The notes: a model not told the origin generated them from the letters alone. A stretch of DNA of 64,000 nt from an uncultured Candidatus Rokubacteria bacterium (GCA_963762145.1 CAVXJS010000007.1:64001-128000); one strand, 5' to 3'. Numbered from the stretch's first letter, positions 29,087-39,536 are shown. Made by a program: numbers and translations.

Positions 29087-31265
29087 ATGCCCCGCATGCC
29101 CTGGAGCCTGACGCGCGGCCAGACCGTCGCGATGGCCCTGCTGGTCGTCGCGCTCCTGACCGACGCGGTCCTCACGCTGCACAACATCCGCGAGGTCGCG
29201 GTCAGCGTGCAGTGGGTGTCTCACACCCACGAGGTGCAGGGCCAGCTCGAGCAGGTCGTCTCCGCCCTCAAGGACGCCGAGACCGGTCAGCGCGGCTATC
29301 TCCTGACCGGCGAGCGGGTCTATCTCGAGCCCTACGAGCAGGCGGCGCCGCGAGTCCCGGGCCACCTCGCGCGGCTCCGGGCGCTCACCATGGACAATCC
29401 GCCGCAGACCGCGCACGTGCTCCGGCTCGAGCAGCTCGTGGCCGAGCGGCTCGCGGTGCTGCGGCAGGGGCTCGACCGCTTCCGGGCCGAGCCCGACCCG
29501 AGCCGGGCGCTCGCGCTCTCCCGGCAGTACCTGCTCCAGGGGGAGGGGAAGCGCCTGATGGATCTGGTCCGCGACGAGATCTACGGCATGCAGCAGCTCG
29601 AGCGCGCGCTGCTCGCCCGGCGGGAGGCGGACTCGCGCACCAACGCCCGCACCGCGCTCGCCAGCACCATGGTTGGTCTCGCGCTGGGTCTGGTCCTGGT
29701 CGCGATGGTCGTCACGCTGGTCGCGCGCAACCAGGCCGCCCGCCAGCGGGCGGCCGACGTGCTGCACGCCGAGCGCGAGCGTTTTCGCACCACCCTCACC
29801 AGCATCGGGGACGCGGTCGTGGTGACCGACGCGCAGGGGCGGATCACGCTGCTGAACCCGGTCGCGCAGGCCCTCACCGGCTGGGGCGCCGAGGCGCTGG
29901 GCCACCCGCTGGACACGGTATTCCGCATCGTCAACGAGACGACGCGGGAGCCGATGGAGAACCCGGCGAGCAAGGTGCTCCGCCTCGGCACCATCGTGGG
30001 TCTCGCCAACCACACCGTGCTGATCGCCAAGGACGACAGCGAGCTGTCCGATCGACGACAGCGGCGCGCCGATCCGCGACACCCGCGGCCGCATCGTGGG
30101 CGTGGTGCTGGTCTTCCGCGACATCACCGACCGGCGCGGCTCGGAGCGCGCCCTGGAGGTCGCCGACCGCCGCAAGGACGAGTTCCTCGCCATGCTGGCT
30201 CACGAGCTGCGCAATCCGCTTGCGCCGATCCGCAATGCGGCCCACACGCTGGCCCTGCTCGGAACCGGCGACGACCGGCTGCGGTGGGTCTCCGGCGTCA
30301 TCGAGCGACAGGTCGGCTTGATGACCCGGCTCGTGGACGATCTGCTCGACGTCTCGCGCATCACGTCGGGCAAGATCACCTTGCAGCGCACCACGGTCTC
30401 GGTCGGGGAGGTCCTCGCCCAGGCGGTGGAGGCGGCGCGCCCCCCCGCGGAGAGCCGGGGTCAGACGCTCAACGTGGACGTGCCGGAGGACGCGGGCTGG
30501 GTGGACGGGGACCCGGCGCGCCTGACCCAGGCGGTCGGCAATCTCCTCGACAACGCGATCAAGTACACCGACGACGGCGGGGGGATCTGGCTCCGCGCGC
30601 GGAACGAGGGAGACGAGGTCGTGATCGTGGTGGAGGACAGCGGGGTCGGCATCGATCCCGAGGTCTTGCCGCACGTGTTCGACCTCTTCATCCAGGCCGA
30701 CCGCTCCCTCGAGCGCAAGCAGGGCGGGCTCGGCCTCGGCCTGACCCTCGTGCGCCGGCTGGTCGAGATGCACGGCGGCCGCGTGGAGGCGGCGAGCGCG
30801 GGCCCGGGCCTGGGGAGCGCCTTCACCATCCGGCTGCCGCGTCGGGCCCACGAGGCCCCGGACGCCGCGGCCGCCGCGGGGCCCGAAGAGGCGCGCCAGC
30901 CGTCGGGCCCGGCCCGCCGCATCCTGGTCGTGGACGACCACCAGGACTCCACCGACTCGCTGGCCCTGTTCCTCCGCCTGCGCGGCCACGAGGTGCGCAC
31001 CGCGAACGACGGGCCGAGCGCGCTCGACGAGATCGAGCGCTACCATCCCGACGTCGTCTTCCTCGACCTGGGGCTGCCCGGCATGAGCGGCTACGACGTG
31101 GCGCGCCGGGTGAGGATGATGAGCGATCCGGACTCGCTGCGGCTGGTGGCGGTCACCGGTTACGGCACCGACGCGGATCGCCAGAAGACACGCGACGCCG
31201 GCTTCGACGTCCACCTCGCCAAGCCGGTGGACCCGCGGGCGGTGGACGCGCTGCTCGCCGGCTGA
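29087..31265 (+). CDS. Hybrid histidine kinase CHASE3-PAS-HisKA-HATPase-REC (frameshift near 30047)
   Basis: DAETGQRGYLLTG (CHASE3), SIGDAVVVTD, FLAMLAHELRNPL, GGLGLGL, DLGLPGMSG. Confidence 0.92.
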
Positions 31266-31306
31266 CCGCTACTGCGGGACCCGGATCGCGGCCGCCCGAC
31301 CGGTGC

Positions 31307-32275
31307 TCACAGGCCGCGGTGCTTCAGGAAGGTGCTGAACCAGGGGCCGACGTAGTTGTCGTGGGTGCTCCTCTTGATCGTGTCCTTGAGCGCGCCCGAC
31401 TGATGATTGTTGATGCTCTTGGCCACGATCGTCAGCGTCTTGGCGCTCCGCTGGTAGCGCCACCAGAAGAAGGCGAGCCCACCGCTGCTCGCCAGCAGGA
31501 GCGCCCCGAGGAGGACGATGCCGGAGATGAGCGCGACCTGGGCCTGGTCGGGCAGGCCCTCGGTCATCCCCTGCCGCGCTCCCCGCATCGCCTGGAGCAT
31601 CACGTGGCTGGTGAGCCCCCCGAACCCGGCCTGGTTGATCGGATCCTCGGCGCCCTCCGCCGCGCCCTTCATCAGGGCCTGCGACATGTTGCGCCCGGCC
31701 TGCAGCATGGACTTCTGGAGCGGGCCCTCGAGGCCCTTGACCACCGACGCGACGAGCTCCTCGCCCATGCGGCGGGCCAGCCGCTCCGCGGACGGAGTCA
31801 CGTCCCGGTCGAGCGAGTCGCGCAGGGTTGTCGTCGTCGCCAGGATGCCGGCCGCGGCCACCCGGCGGAGCTCGAGCTCCAGCGTGGCGCCCGCCGTCTT
31901 GACGAGCTCCCGGACCGCCTCGTCGGTGTCCCGCCGCAGGCTCTCCATCGCTTGGGCCACCAGCGCGTCCACCTGGCGGCGCATCTCGGGCGAGCCCAGG
32001 CGCGCTTCCAGGACCTCGACCGCCGACCGGGCCATGTCGCGCGCGGCCTCCTTGAGCACCGGATCGTCCACGAGGGCACCGCGCAAAGTTTGCCGGAGCG
32101 GCTCCTGGATTCCGGGAATTCCGTCGCGCACGCCCTGCATGGCCCCGCTGGCCGCGCTCTGGGCGGTGGTCCGGTAGTAGTCCTGGGACACGCAGCCGCC
32201 CAGCAGCGCCAGGGCGAGGAGCCCGGGCCCGGCGGCCCGGCAGATGGGACGACAGCGGGTGATCGCGACGCGCAT
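31307..32275 (-). CDS. Hypothetical helical lipoprotein with a C-terminal TM helix
   Basis: Lipobox LLGGC, Ala/Leu/Glu-rich amphipathic helices, TM VALISGIVLLGALLLASSGGLAFFWW. Confidence 0.75.
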   Translation of the reverse strand: MRVAITRCRPICRAAGPGLLALALLGGCVSQDYYRTTAQSAASGAMQGVRDGIPGIQEPLRQTLRGALVDDPVLKEAARDMARSAVEVLEARLGSPEMRRQVDALVAQAMESLRRDTDEAVRELVKTAGATLELELRRVAAAGILATTTTLRDSLDRDVTPSAERLARRMGEELVASVVKGLEGPLQKSMLQAGRNMSQALMKGAAEGAEDPINQAGFGGLTSHVMLQAMRGARQGMTEGLPDQAQVALISGIVLLGALLLASSGGLAFFWWRYQRSAKTLTIVAKSINNHQSGALKDTIKRSTHDNYVGPWFSTFLKHRGL

Positions 32276-32360
32276 GCTCGTTCTCCCGGCACGGATATCG
32301 GAGGGTGGTGGCCCATTCGTCTAGCACACGGGGGATGGAGCCCGCAAGGGCGCTGCTCAC

Positions 32361-32388
32361 TTGACGGGCCGCAATTTCCGTCTAGACT
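32361..32388 (+). promoter_or_regulatory. Putative sigma-70 promoter of the CHASE2 operon
   Basis: TTGACG-N16-TAGACT; GGAGG RBS before GTG 32416. Confidence 0.5.
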
Positions 32389-32415
32389 GTTGGGACATTT
32401 CGGTACGGAGGTCGC

Positions 32416-34221
32416 GTGAGTCAGCCCCTCGCAGGAGACGGATCAGCGGAGATCGACTCCGCGTCCGTCGGTGTCCGGCGGCCCGGTCCCGGGACGCGCG
32501 CCCTCGCGCAATTCCTTTTTCTCTCCGCCATCGGCGTCCTGCTCTTCATGTTCCACGGCATCTCGCTCCACCTCACGCCGTGGTCCCAGGCGATCGTCAA
32601 CGGCATCGTGAAGTACGCGTACCCGCCCAAAGGGCAGAACGACACCACGGTGGTCCTGTTCCGGGAAGAGAACCTGGCCGAGCTCGCGGAGTCCTTTCCG
32701 GTGTCCTACGCGCGGCACGCGGAGGTGCTGGAGGCGCTGTCGGTGTACCGGCCCCGCGCGGTGTTCGTGGACTTCGCCTTCATCGACGCGCGCAGCCCCG
32801 AGGACCAGGCTGCGCTCGGACGCGCCATCTGCGATCTCAACGCGCGGGGAAAGGTGCCGGTCTACCTGGCCGCGCCCGCGCCCAGCTCCGACCGCGACCA
32901 GGGCGCCCCGATCAACGCGCGCCTGCTCGAGTGCGCGGAGCCGGTGAACGCGCAGATGGACGTCGAGCGCGGGGTGAGCGGCGTGCTCACCTATCTCCAC
33001 GGGAACCGGCCCGGCGGCGGGGACGCCCGGTTCCGGTGGACGCCCGCCTTCGCGATGTACGATGCGCGCGAGCGCCTCGCGTCGCGCCCGCGCCTCGCGC
33101 CCGAGGACGCGCAGCCGATGGAGATCATCTGGGGCAACCTCGCCTCGAAGCTCAACGAGAGCTGGATGCACTGCACGAGCGAGGCGGCCCTGTGGCACCT
33201 CTTCAACATCCTCCGGGAGAACCCGCTCGCGGCCAAGCGCACGTGCCCGCACACCAACACCATCTCGGTGGTGCACCTCCTGGGGCCGCACAACGAGGGC
33301 GTGCGCCGGGCCGTCGAGGACAAAGCGATCTTCTACGGGGGCAACTTCCAGATGGTCGGCGACCGGGTGATCTCGCCGGTCTACGACGATCTGCCCGGCG
33401 TCTACCTGCACGCGATGGCCTACGACAACCTGGTGACCTTCGGCTCGACCTACAAGCGGGCCGATCACCACGGGCTCTCGCTGTCGAGCGTGGTCAACGG
33501 GCTGCTCCTCCTCTTCACGGTGGTTCTGCTGCTGCTGGTGGACAAGCCGCCCGCGTTCGCCCGGGCCCTGCTCGGCCAGCTCGCGACGGTCAGCCCGTGG
33601 ATCAAGTGGCTGGCCCTCGGCGGTGCCCTGCTGCTGATCGGCGTCACGATCGCGTTCCCCACGAGCCTCGCCGCGGTGCTGCTGCTCCTGCCGCTGCTCC
33701 TGGGCATGGTCGCGGTCCTGCACCTGGCCGCCACGCGCCCGCCGCAGCCCACCACCGCGCGGCAGTTCCTGCGCGTCTGCGCGCTCGGGATCGGCATCCT
33801 GGTGGTGGCGGCGGTGATGTTCCTCGTCGTGGATACCCGCTACGGGATCGAGGCGGGCCTGCTGCTCGTGGTGCTGCCCGGCTACTTCGTCTACAAGGCG
33901 CTGGTGGCGCGCGACGTGCTCTTCGTGGCGACGTCGGGCTTGCTCGTCGCGGCCGCGGTGGTGAGCTTCCTGCCCCCGATCAACCTGGGCCCCCGCAACA
34001 TCGTGGCCTACGTGGCTTTCTTCGAGATCGCGCGGCATCTCATGCGGCACGCCGACGAGGCGGCCGAGAAGTACTTCGCGCTCCGTCGAGCCCATCCGCG
34101 GCCCGAGGAGTGGGGCGTCGGGGCCGGAGTGCTCGGCGCCGTGGACTGGCTGTTCACCCTGTGCTGCCGCGGTGATCACGAGGAGACGAGGCATGAGAGG
34201 ACGACGCATGCGGTGGCGTGA
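32416..34221 (+). CDS. CHASE2 domain membrane protein without a cytoplasmic output domain
   Basis: N-terminal TM; TTVVLF.E..L...FPVSYARHAEVL...PRAVFVDFAF; PGVYLHAMAYDNL; then about 7 TM segments and a short tail. Confidence 0.82.
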   Translation: MSQPLAGDGSAEIDSASVGVRRPGPGTRALAQFLFLSAIGVLLFMFHGISLHLTPWSQAIVNGIVKYAYPPKGQNDTTVVLFREENLAELAESFPVSYARHAEVLEALSVYRPRAVFVDFAFIDARSPEDQAALGRAICDLNARGKVPVYLAAPAPSSDRDQGAPINARLLECAEPVNAQMDVERGVSGVLTYLHGNRPGGGDARFRWTPAFAMYDARERLASRPRLAPEDAQPMEIIWGNLASKLNESWMHCTSEAALWHLFNILRENPLAAKRTCPHTNTISVVHLLGPHNEGVRRAVEDKAIFYGGNFQMVGDRVISPVYDDLPGVYLHAMAYDNLVTFGSTYKRADHHGLSLSSVVNGLLLLFTVVLLLLVDKPPAFARALLGQLATVSPWIKWLALGGALLLIGVTIAFPTSLAAVLLLLPLLLGMVAVLHLAATRPPQPTTARQFLRVCALGIGILVVAAVMFLVVDTRYGIEAGLLLVVLPGYFVYKALVARDVLFVATSGLLVAAAVVSFLPPINLGPRNIVAYVAFFEIARHLMRHADEAAEKYFALRRAHPRPEEWGVGAGVLGAVDWLFTLCCRGDHEETRHERTTHAVA

Positions 34222-34606
34222 GGCCCTCGCGGTCTCGCTGGTTCTCCTGGGTGGGGGCGGCGCGGGCCTGGCCGCCGCGCCGGGGACCGAGACCTTCAGC
34301 GTCAAGGGCCTGCGCACCGACAAGGTGACGCTCTACGACTGCAACAAGGAGAAGGACAAGCGCCGCGCGGTGAAGGAAGTGACCCGGGACAAGTTCGTCG
34401 GCCCGTGGCCGGCGATCCGCGACCCCGATTCGCCGCTCTATCTCAAGGTCCAGGTGGAGCAGGTCGAGTACTGCGTCCGGGCCTTCGCGGTCGATACCGA
34501 CAAGACGGTGACGATCCAGAAAGACATGGAGTGCCGCGCCATGGTGGCCGGCAAGCAGCCCAAGACCGGCGCCACGCGCGGCGTGGGCGAGGAGTGTGGG
34601 AAGTGA
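34193..34606 (+). CDS. Small secreted Cys-containing protein with C-terminal GATRG motif
   Basis: AGGAG RBS, signal peptide, 4 Cys, ends TGATRGVGEECGK; overlaps both neighbours. Confidence 0.78.
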   Translation: MRGRRMRWREALAVSLVLLGGGGAGLAAAPGTETFSVKGLRTDKVTLYDCNKEKDKRRAVKEVTRDKFVGPWPAIRDPDSPLYLKVQVEQVEYCVRAFAVDTDKTVTIQKDMECRAMVAGKQPKTGATRGVGEECGK

Positions 34607-36078
34607 TCCGTCGCCTCGGGCTGGCGCTGGCGCTGCTCGCGCTCGCGGGCTGCGCGGCGACCGGCCCCGGCAAGGAGGGCGGCGGCGTGGCGGTCCCGGC
34701 GTGGATGGGCGGCAAGCCCGCCAACGTGACCGTGCTCTCCACCATCAAGGCCGGCCCGTACGAGCCGTCCACCCTGGCGATCGGCGAGGCGAAGGACATC
34801 GCCCAGCACCGGGGCGACGGCCTGGGGTTCGTGCGATCGGCCGCGCTGGAGCAGTATCTCAACGAAACGCGGGCGCGGATCATCGCGGCCTCCGGCCGGA
34901 CCGGGGTGCCGGGACGGGTGGTGATCCTCGCCAATCCCGGCTTCGTCGCGTTCTCGACGCCCGACGGCAACGTGTACCTCGCGATGGGGCTGATCGAGAC
35001 GCTCGAGAACGGGGACGAGGTGTCGGCGATCCTCGCCCACGAGACCGCCCACGTGCTGCTCAAGCACCACACCTCGGACGTGGTCGCCGACATGCAGAAG
35101 AAGGGGCAGGCTCTGTTCGAGCTCGGGGTGGGGACCAAGGCGGCGCTCGGCGGCCGGAGCACGGTGAGCAAGAGCGATGCCCGGACGATCCAGCAGGTGC
35201 AGCTCGCCACCGACGCGACCGACAAGCTCGTGCTGCCCGCGTGGGGCCGCGGCCAGGAGCGGGAGGCGGATCTCCTCGCGGTGGACCTGCTCGTGGAGAC
35301 CGGGCAGTCGTCGCCCGCGGTGGTGACCATGCTCGAGAAGCTGCAGGCGTGGGAGAAGGCCACCGCGGAGACCGACGAGGCGTTCTGGAATCGAGTGAAC
35401 CAGGCCTCGCAGCGGAACGTCAACGAGGCGATGGGCATGGCGTACCAGAAGATGCTCAGCTCGGTGTCGGTGAACCATCCCAAGACCGAGGAGCGGATCA
35501 CCGAGACCGCGGAGTACTTCGAGCGCCACTACGGCAGCCGCGCGCTGGTCGAGCCCGCGAGCGCACCGTGGAAGGCGCTCCGCGCGCGGCCCGAGGTCGC
35601 CCTCGTGCTGCGGAACTACCGCCAGGCGTTCCTGGCCAAGAAGCTGCTCGACCACGGCAAGTACCAGGAGGCCTACACCACCGCGCGGACCGCGATCGCC
35701 GGGCGCACCGCCACCGACGCGTACCCGAACTGGGTGCTCGCGCGCGCGGCCTTCGCGCTCGGCCGCTCGCGGGAGGGCATCGAGGCGCTCCGGCGGGCGG
35801 TCACCTCGGCCGAGCCGGTGCCGAACGTCTACGAGGATCTGATCGTGGCCCACGAGGGCGCCGGCAACCTGCCCGCGGCGCTCGAGTGGACCGACCAGGC
35901 TTCGAAGACCTTCGGCGGCGCTCCGCGCTGGATGCTGCACAAGATCCGCCTGCTCCGCAAGACGGCCCGGGTGGCGGAGGCGAACAGCGCGACCATCGAC
36001 TGCTCGCTGAACGCGCCGGACTGGAAGCGCCTCTGCCAGGAGGCCAACGCGACGCCGGCCGGGCGCGCCGCGCGCTAG
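34603..36078 (+). CDS. M48 family metalloprotease lipoprotein with TPR-like C-terminus
   Basis: GTGA overlap, lipobox LAGC, AFSTPDG, ILAHETAH (HExxH), QEREAD, NHP...RI, helical repeats. Confidence 0.88.
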   Translation: MIRRLGLALALLALAGCAATGPGKEGGGVAVPAWMGGKPANVTVLSTIKAGPYEPSTLAIGEAKDIAQHRGDGLGFVRSAALEQYLNETRARIIAASGRTGVPGRVVILANPGFVAFSTPDGNVYLAMGLIETLENGDEVSAILAHETAHVLLKHHTSDVVADMQKKGQALFELGVGTKAALGGRSTVSKSDARTIQQVQLATDATDKLVLPAWGRGQEREADLLAVDLLVETGQSSPAVVTMLEKLQAWEKATAETDEAFWNRVNQASQRNVNEAMGMAYQKMLSSVSVNHPKTEERITETAEYFERHYGSRALVEPASAPWKALRARPEVALVLRNYRQAFLAKKLLDHGKYQEAYTTARTAIAGRTATDAYPNWVLARAAFALGRSREGIEALRRAVTSAEPVPNVYEDLIVAHEGAGNLPAALEWTDQASKTFGGAPRWMLHKIRLLRKTARVAEANSATIDCSLNAPDWKRLCQEANATPAGRAAR

Positions 36079-36090
36079 CCGTCGCTGCGG

Positions 36091-36828
36091 TCAGCCGGCC
36101 AGGTCGAGGACCATGGCCGCGTGATCGCTGGCCGGCCGTCCGGTGAGACGGGACAGGCGGCCCCAGTCGTAACGGAATCGGCGGAGCCGGGGCTGGAGCG
36201 CGCGGTTGAGGAAGGCCTGGTCGATCCGGAATCCGTTCCCGCCGTTCGGGGAGTACCAGGTGTAGGCCCGCGCGGCGCCCCGCAGGTGTCGGTAGGCGTC
36301 GGTCCAGCCCGCCTGGTCGAGCTCGCGCATCCAGCCGTCCTCGATCCGGTTGAACGCGGGGACCTGCTCGTCCAGGCCGATGCGGCCGGAGTTCGTATCC
36401 CCGAGCAGCAGCGCGGGGGTGGCCCAGCGCCGCTGCGCGGTGCTGAGCACCGCATCGAGGAACGGGTACTTGCGCCCCCCGACCCGGTTGGGCACGTGCA
36501 TCACGCCGAGCGCGAGTGGCTCCGGGGCCAGGACCCGGGCCAGCAGCCAGCGACACGGCTCGCTGGGGGCGCAGGGGAGGCGGAGCCGGCGCAGCGGCCA
36601 GCGCGAGGCCAGCAGCAGGCCGTTGACCCCGGGCCGCACCGGATCCGCGGTGCTCCACTGGTGGGGGAGCCCGAGCCGGGCGAGGTCGCGGGCCAGCTCC
36701 CCGCTGGGCGGCGTGCCGCGGAACTCGGCCAGCGCCACCGCGTCGGCCTCCCAGACCGCGATCTGCCGCGCGATGGCGGCGGCGCGCACGCCGCCGCCCG
36801 CGCGGATGTTCCAGAAGACGACCCGCAT
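36091..36828 (-). CDS. Endonuclease/exonuclease/phosphatase family protein
   Basis: WNI, ALAE, LLGDTN, YTWYS, RIDQAF, SDHA. Confidence 0.88.
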   Translation of the reverse strand: MRVVFWNIRAGGGVRAAAIARQIAVWEADAVALAEFRGTPPSGELARDLARLGLPHQWSTADPVRPGVNGLLLASRWPLRRLRLPCAPSEPCRWLLARVLAPEPLALGVMHVPNRVGGRKYPFLDAVLSTAQRRWATPALLLGDTNSGRIGLDEQVPAFNRIEDGWMRELDQAGWTDAYRHLRGAARAYTWYSPNGGNGFRIDQAFLNRALQPRLRRFRYDWGRLSRLTGRPASDHAAMVLDLAG

Positions 36829-36841
36829 GCGGGAGCTCGGG

Positions 36842-38464
36842 CTACTTGTCGAGCCAGACTTCCTGGAGCCGGCAGCAGTTGTAGGTGACCTGATTCAGGA
36901 TCAGGTTCTTCACGTACGGGTAATGCGCGAAGCGGTCGGTGCGCCAGCCCATGGTGGGCCGCGCCGCGTCGTCCTCGAGCTTCTTCTGGAGCTGCCAGAC
37001 GAGGGCGAGGCGCTTCTTCTGGTCGATCTCCTGGGACTGCTGCTCGATGAGACGCGTCACTTCCTCGTTGCAGTAGTCCCCGTAGTTCCGGGGAGATCCG
37101 CAGGCGTAGTTCTCGTAGAAGTTCGCGTCGGGATCGTCGACGCCGAGGCCGGTGAGGTTGGTGCCCATGAGGAACTCCCGGCGGGTGACCATCGGGTGCC
37201 ACTGCGCGGTGTCCACCTGCTTGAGCGTGCCCTCGATCCCGACCTGCTTGAGGTCGCTCATGACGAAGGCCGAGAAGTCGAGGTAGATCGCGATCGCGCG
37301 CGTGACCACCTCGAGCTTGAGCGGGTTGCCGGGCCCGAAACCGGCCTCCGCGAGCAGCTTCTTGGCGGTGGCGCGGCCCTCCGCGGCCCCGCCGTAGCCC
37401 GGAAGCTGGGCGAGATCCTTCTCGAGCAGGCCCCAGACGCCCCACGGCTTGGGCGCCAGCGAAGCGCCGATGACCGCGGCCCCGCGATGCACGGTCTGGG
37501 TGTAGGCGCGGCGGTCGATCGCGAAGCTGAGCGCGCGCCGCACCTTGACGTTGTCGAAGGGCGGCTTCTTGGTGTTGAGCAGGAGGTTCTCGCTGACATT
37601 GCTCGCGGTCTCCGTAAAGACCATGCTCGGGACCGCGCCCTTGAGCTGCTCCGCGATGGAGAGCGTGGTCTCGCCCGGATAGGCCACGTCGATCTGGTTC
37701 GCCTGGAGCGCGGCCACCCGCGTGCCGCGCTCGACGATGACGGTGTAGCGCACGGCGTCGAGGTACGGGCGGCCCTTGACGAAGTAATCGGGGTTGCGGA
37801 CCAGATCGACAGACTGGCCGCGCTTCCACTCCTTGAACTTGAAGGGGCCGGTGCCGATGCAGCGCGAGCGGTGCTCCGGGATCGGCACGTGGGCCGGGAT
37901 CACCGGCGAGTACCCGGAGGCGAGCATGGCCACCAGCGAGGGCTGGGGCCGCTTGAGCCGGAACACCACCGTGTACGGATCGGGGGCCTCGATCGCGTCC
38001 ACGTTGGCGTACCACTCTTTCCTCGGGTTGATCCGCAGCTTCGCGGGGGCGTCGGCGGCCTCGCGCACGGTGTCGAAGGTGAACTTCACGTCCTTCGAGG
38101 TGAAGGGCTGGCCGTCGTGCCACTTCACGTCTTTTCGCAGAAAGAACACCAGGTTCCGATAGTTGTCCTGCCACGACCACTTCTCGGCCAGCTCCGGGAC
38201 GATGGTCTCCATGCGGCCGAGCCGCTTCGTCTGGTCGTAGATGACGAGGTTGCTGTAGCAGGGCATGGACGGCCACGTGACCGAGTTGGTCGCGGACTCG
38301 TGGATGGAGAAGCCCTGCGGCAGGTCCTCGCGCAGTACCAGGCGCAGGGTGCCGCCCGGCTTGCCCTCTTGCACCGCGGGCGCCGGGGCCTGCGCGGCGG
38401 CGGGCAGCACGGCGAGGCCGGAGAGGATCAGGAGGAGCGCGAGGGAACGCGCGGCGCTGGGCAT
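36842..38464 (-). CDS. ABC transporter substrate-binding protein, family 5 (orphan)
   Basis: PGGTL, PELAEKWSW, VKWHDGQPFTSKDVKFT, IGTGPFKF. Confidence 0.92.
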   Translation of the reverse strand: MPSAARSLALLLILSGLAVLPAAAQAPAPAVQEGKPGGTLRLVLREDLPQGFSIHESATNSVTWPSMPCYSNLVIYDQTKRLGRMETIVPELAEKWSWQDNYRNLVFFLRKDVKWHDGQPFTSKDVKFTFDTVREAADAPAKLRINPRKEWYANVDAIEAPDPYTVVFRLKRPQPSLVAMLASGYSPVIPAHVPIPEHRSRCIGTGPFKFKEWKRGQSVDLVRNPDYFVKGRPYLDAVRYTVIVERGTRVAALQANQIDVAYPGETTLSIAEQLKGAVPSMVFTETASNVSENLLLNTKKPPFDNVKVRRALSFAIDRRAYTQTVHRGAAVIGASLAPKPWGVWGLLEKDLAQLPGYGGAAEGRATAKKLLAEAGFGPGNPLKLEVVTRAIAIYLDFSAFVMSDLKQVGIEGTLKQVDTAQWHPMVTRREFLMGTNLTGLGVDDPDANFYENYACGSPRNYGDYCNEEVTRLIEQQSQEIDQKKRLALVWQLQKKLEDDAARPTMGWRTDRFAHYPYVKNLILNQVTYNCCRLQEVWLDK

Positions 38465-38496
38465 GAGGGAGTCTCCTTGCAGAGCTGGATCGGGAA

Positions 38497-38541
38497 CCCC
38501 CTCACCCTGCCCTCTCCCCCTGGGCGGGGGAGAGGGTGGGG
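38497..38541. repeat. REP-like palindrome CCCCTCACCCTGCCCTCTCCCCC...GGGGGAGAGGG
   Basis: 11-bp perfect stem at 38510-38520 / 38526-38536 with a CCCCTCACCC leader. Confidence 0.65.
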
Positions 38542-38554
38542 AAGGGTCGAAGGA

Positions 38555-39478
38555 TCAGACCGTGACGGGCTTGTAGACCGGCATCCGCCACTCGGGGAAT
38601 CGCCGGTCCGTGCCCCGGACCACGTTCATGTAGGCGGTGAGCAGCCGCTGGGTGATGGGGCCGACGCCCCCGTCGCCGAGCGGGAACTTGTCCACCGAGA
38701 GGATCGGGGTGATCTCGTACCCACTGCCGCAGAAGAAGGCCTCGTCGGCCACGTAGAGCTCGGTGCGCGCGATGTCGCGCTCCACCACCTCCATGCCCAG
38801 CGCAGGCGCCACCGCGTCGATCAGGGTGGTGCGCGTGATGGACTCGAGGATGTCGCTGGTGATGGGCGGCGTCACGAGCTTGCCGCGGCGCACCATGAAG
38901 AACGTCGCGCCCGAGCCCTCCGCCACCGTGCCGTGCTGGTTCAGGAAGATCGGCGCGTCATAGCCGTCGGCCTTGGCCTGCAGCGTGGCGAGCCGCCCGT
39001 TCTGGTAGTTGGCGCCGCACTTGAGCCGGATCGGGATCGCGTTGTCGCTCGTGCGCTGCCAGGAGGTGATGCAGCACCGGAGCCCGTGGCCGTCGATGAT
39101 GCGGGCGCGCCGCCGGGGATTGATGTAGAGCCCGGTCGGGGTGGTCGAGTCGAGTCCCGCGGCGGCCACGTAGGCGACCAGGTGCATGTGGACGTCCTCG
39201 TGGATGTCGTTGCCGCGGAGCACCTCCCGCACCGCCTCGTAGAGGTCCATGTCGGTGTAGGGCACCGTGAAGCGCATCATCTTCATGGACTCGCGCAGGC
39301 GCGCGAAGTGCTCGCCGAGACGGAAGCAGTAGACCTCGCCGTCGGCCTCGTTCCAGTACGCCCGCAGCCCCTCGAACACGTTGGTCGCGTAGAACACGGC
39401 CGCGCTGTTCACGGGCAGGACGGCCTCGGCCTGCGGGACGAGCCGTCCGTTCATCCAGATCTTGAGGTCTGTCGCCAC
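38555..39478 (-). CDS. ilvE: Branched-chain amino acid aminotransferase (class IV PLP)
   Basis: VFEGLRAY, FRLGEHFARL, LKCGANY, EGSGA, ILESITR, ADEAFFCGS. Substrate is not certain. Confidence 0.82.
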   Translation of the reverse strand: MATDLKIWMNGRLVPQAEAVLPVNSAAVFYATNVFEGLRAYWNEADGEVYCFRLGEHFARLRESMKMMRFTVPYTDMDLYEAVREVLRGNDIHEDVHMHLVAYVAAAGLDSTTPTGLYINPRRRARIIDGHGLRCCITSWQRTSDNAIPIRLKCGANYQNGRLATLQAKADGYDAPIFLNQHGTVAEGSGATFFMVRRGKLVTPPITSDILESITRTTLIDAVAPALGMEVVERDIARTELYVADEAFFCGSGYEITPILSVDKFPLGDGGVGPITQRLLTAYMNVVRGTDRRFPEWRMPVYKPVTV

Positions 39479-39536
39479 GATGGAATCCTCCGTTGTCGGC
39501 GCCCCTGCGCTGCGGCGCCCGACCGCAGAGAGAATA

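Noticed and set aside
29087-32419. 1110-aa CHASE3 ORF
   Set aside because: After an extra base near 30047 the translation is nonsense. The real kinase continues in ORF 30096-31265.
36091-36828. EEP nuclease as the effector of the CHASE2/M48 operon
   Set aside because: It is on the opposite strand, convergent, and follows the SBP gene. There is no evidence of linkage.
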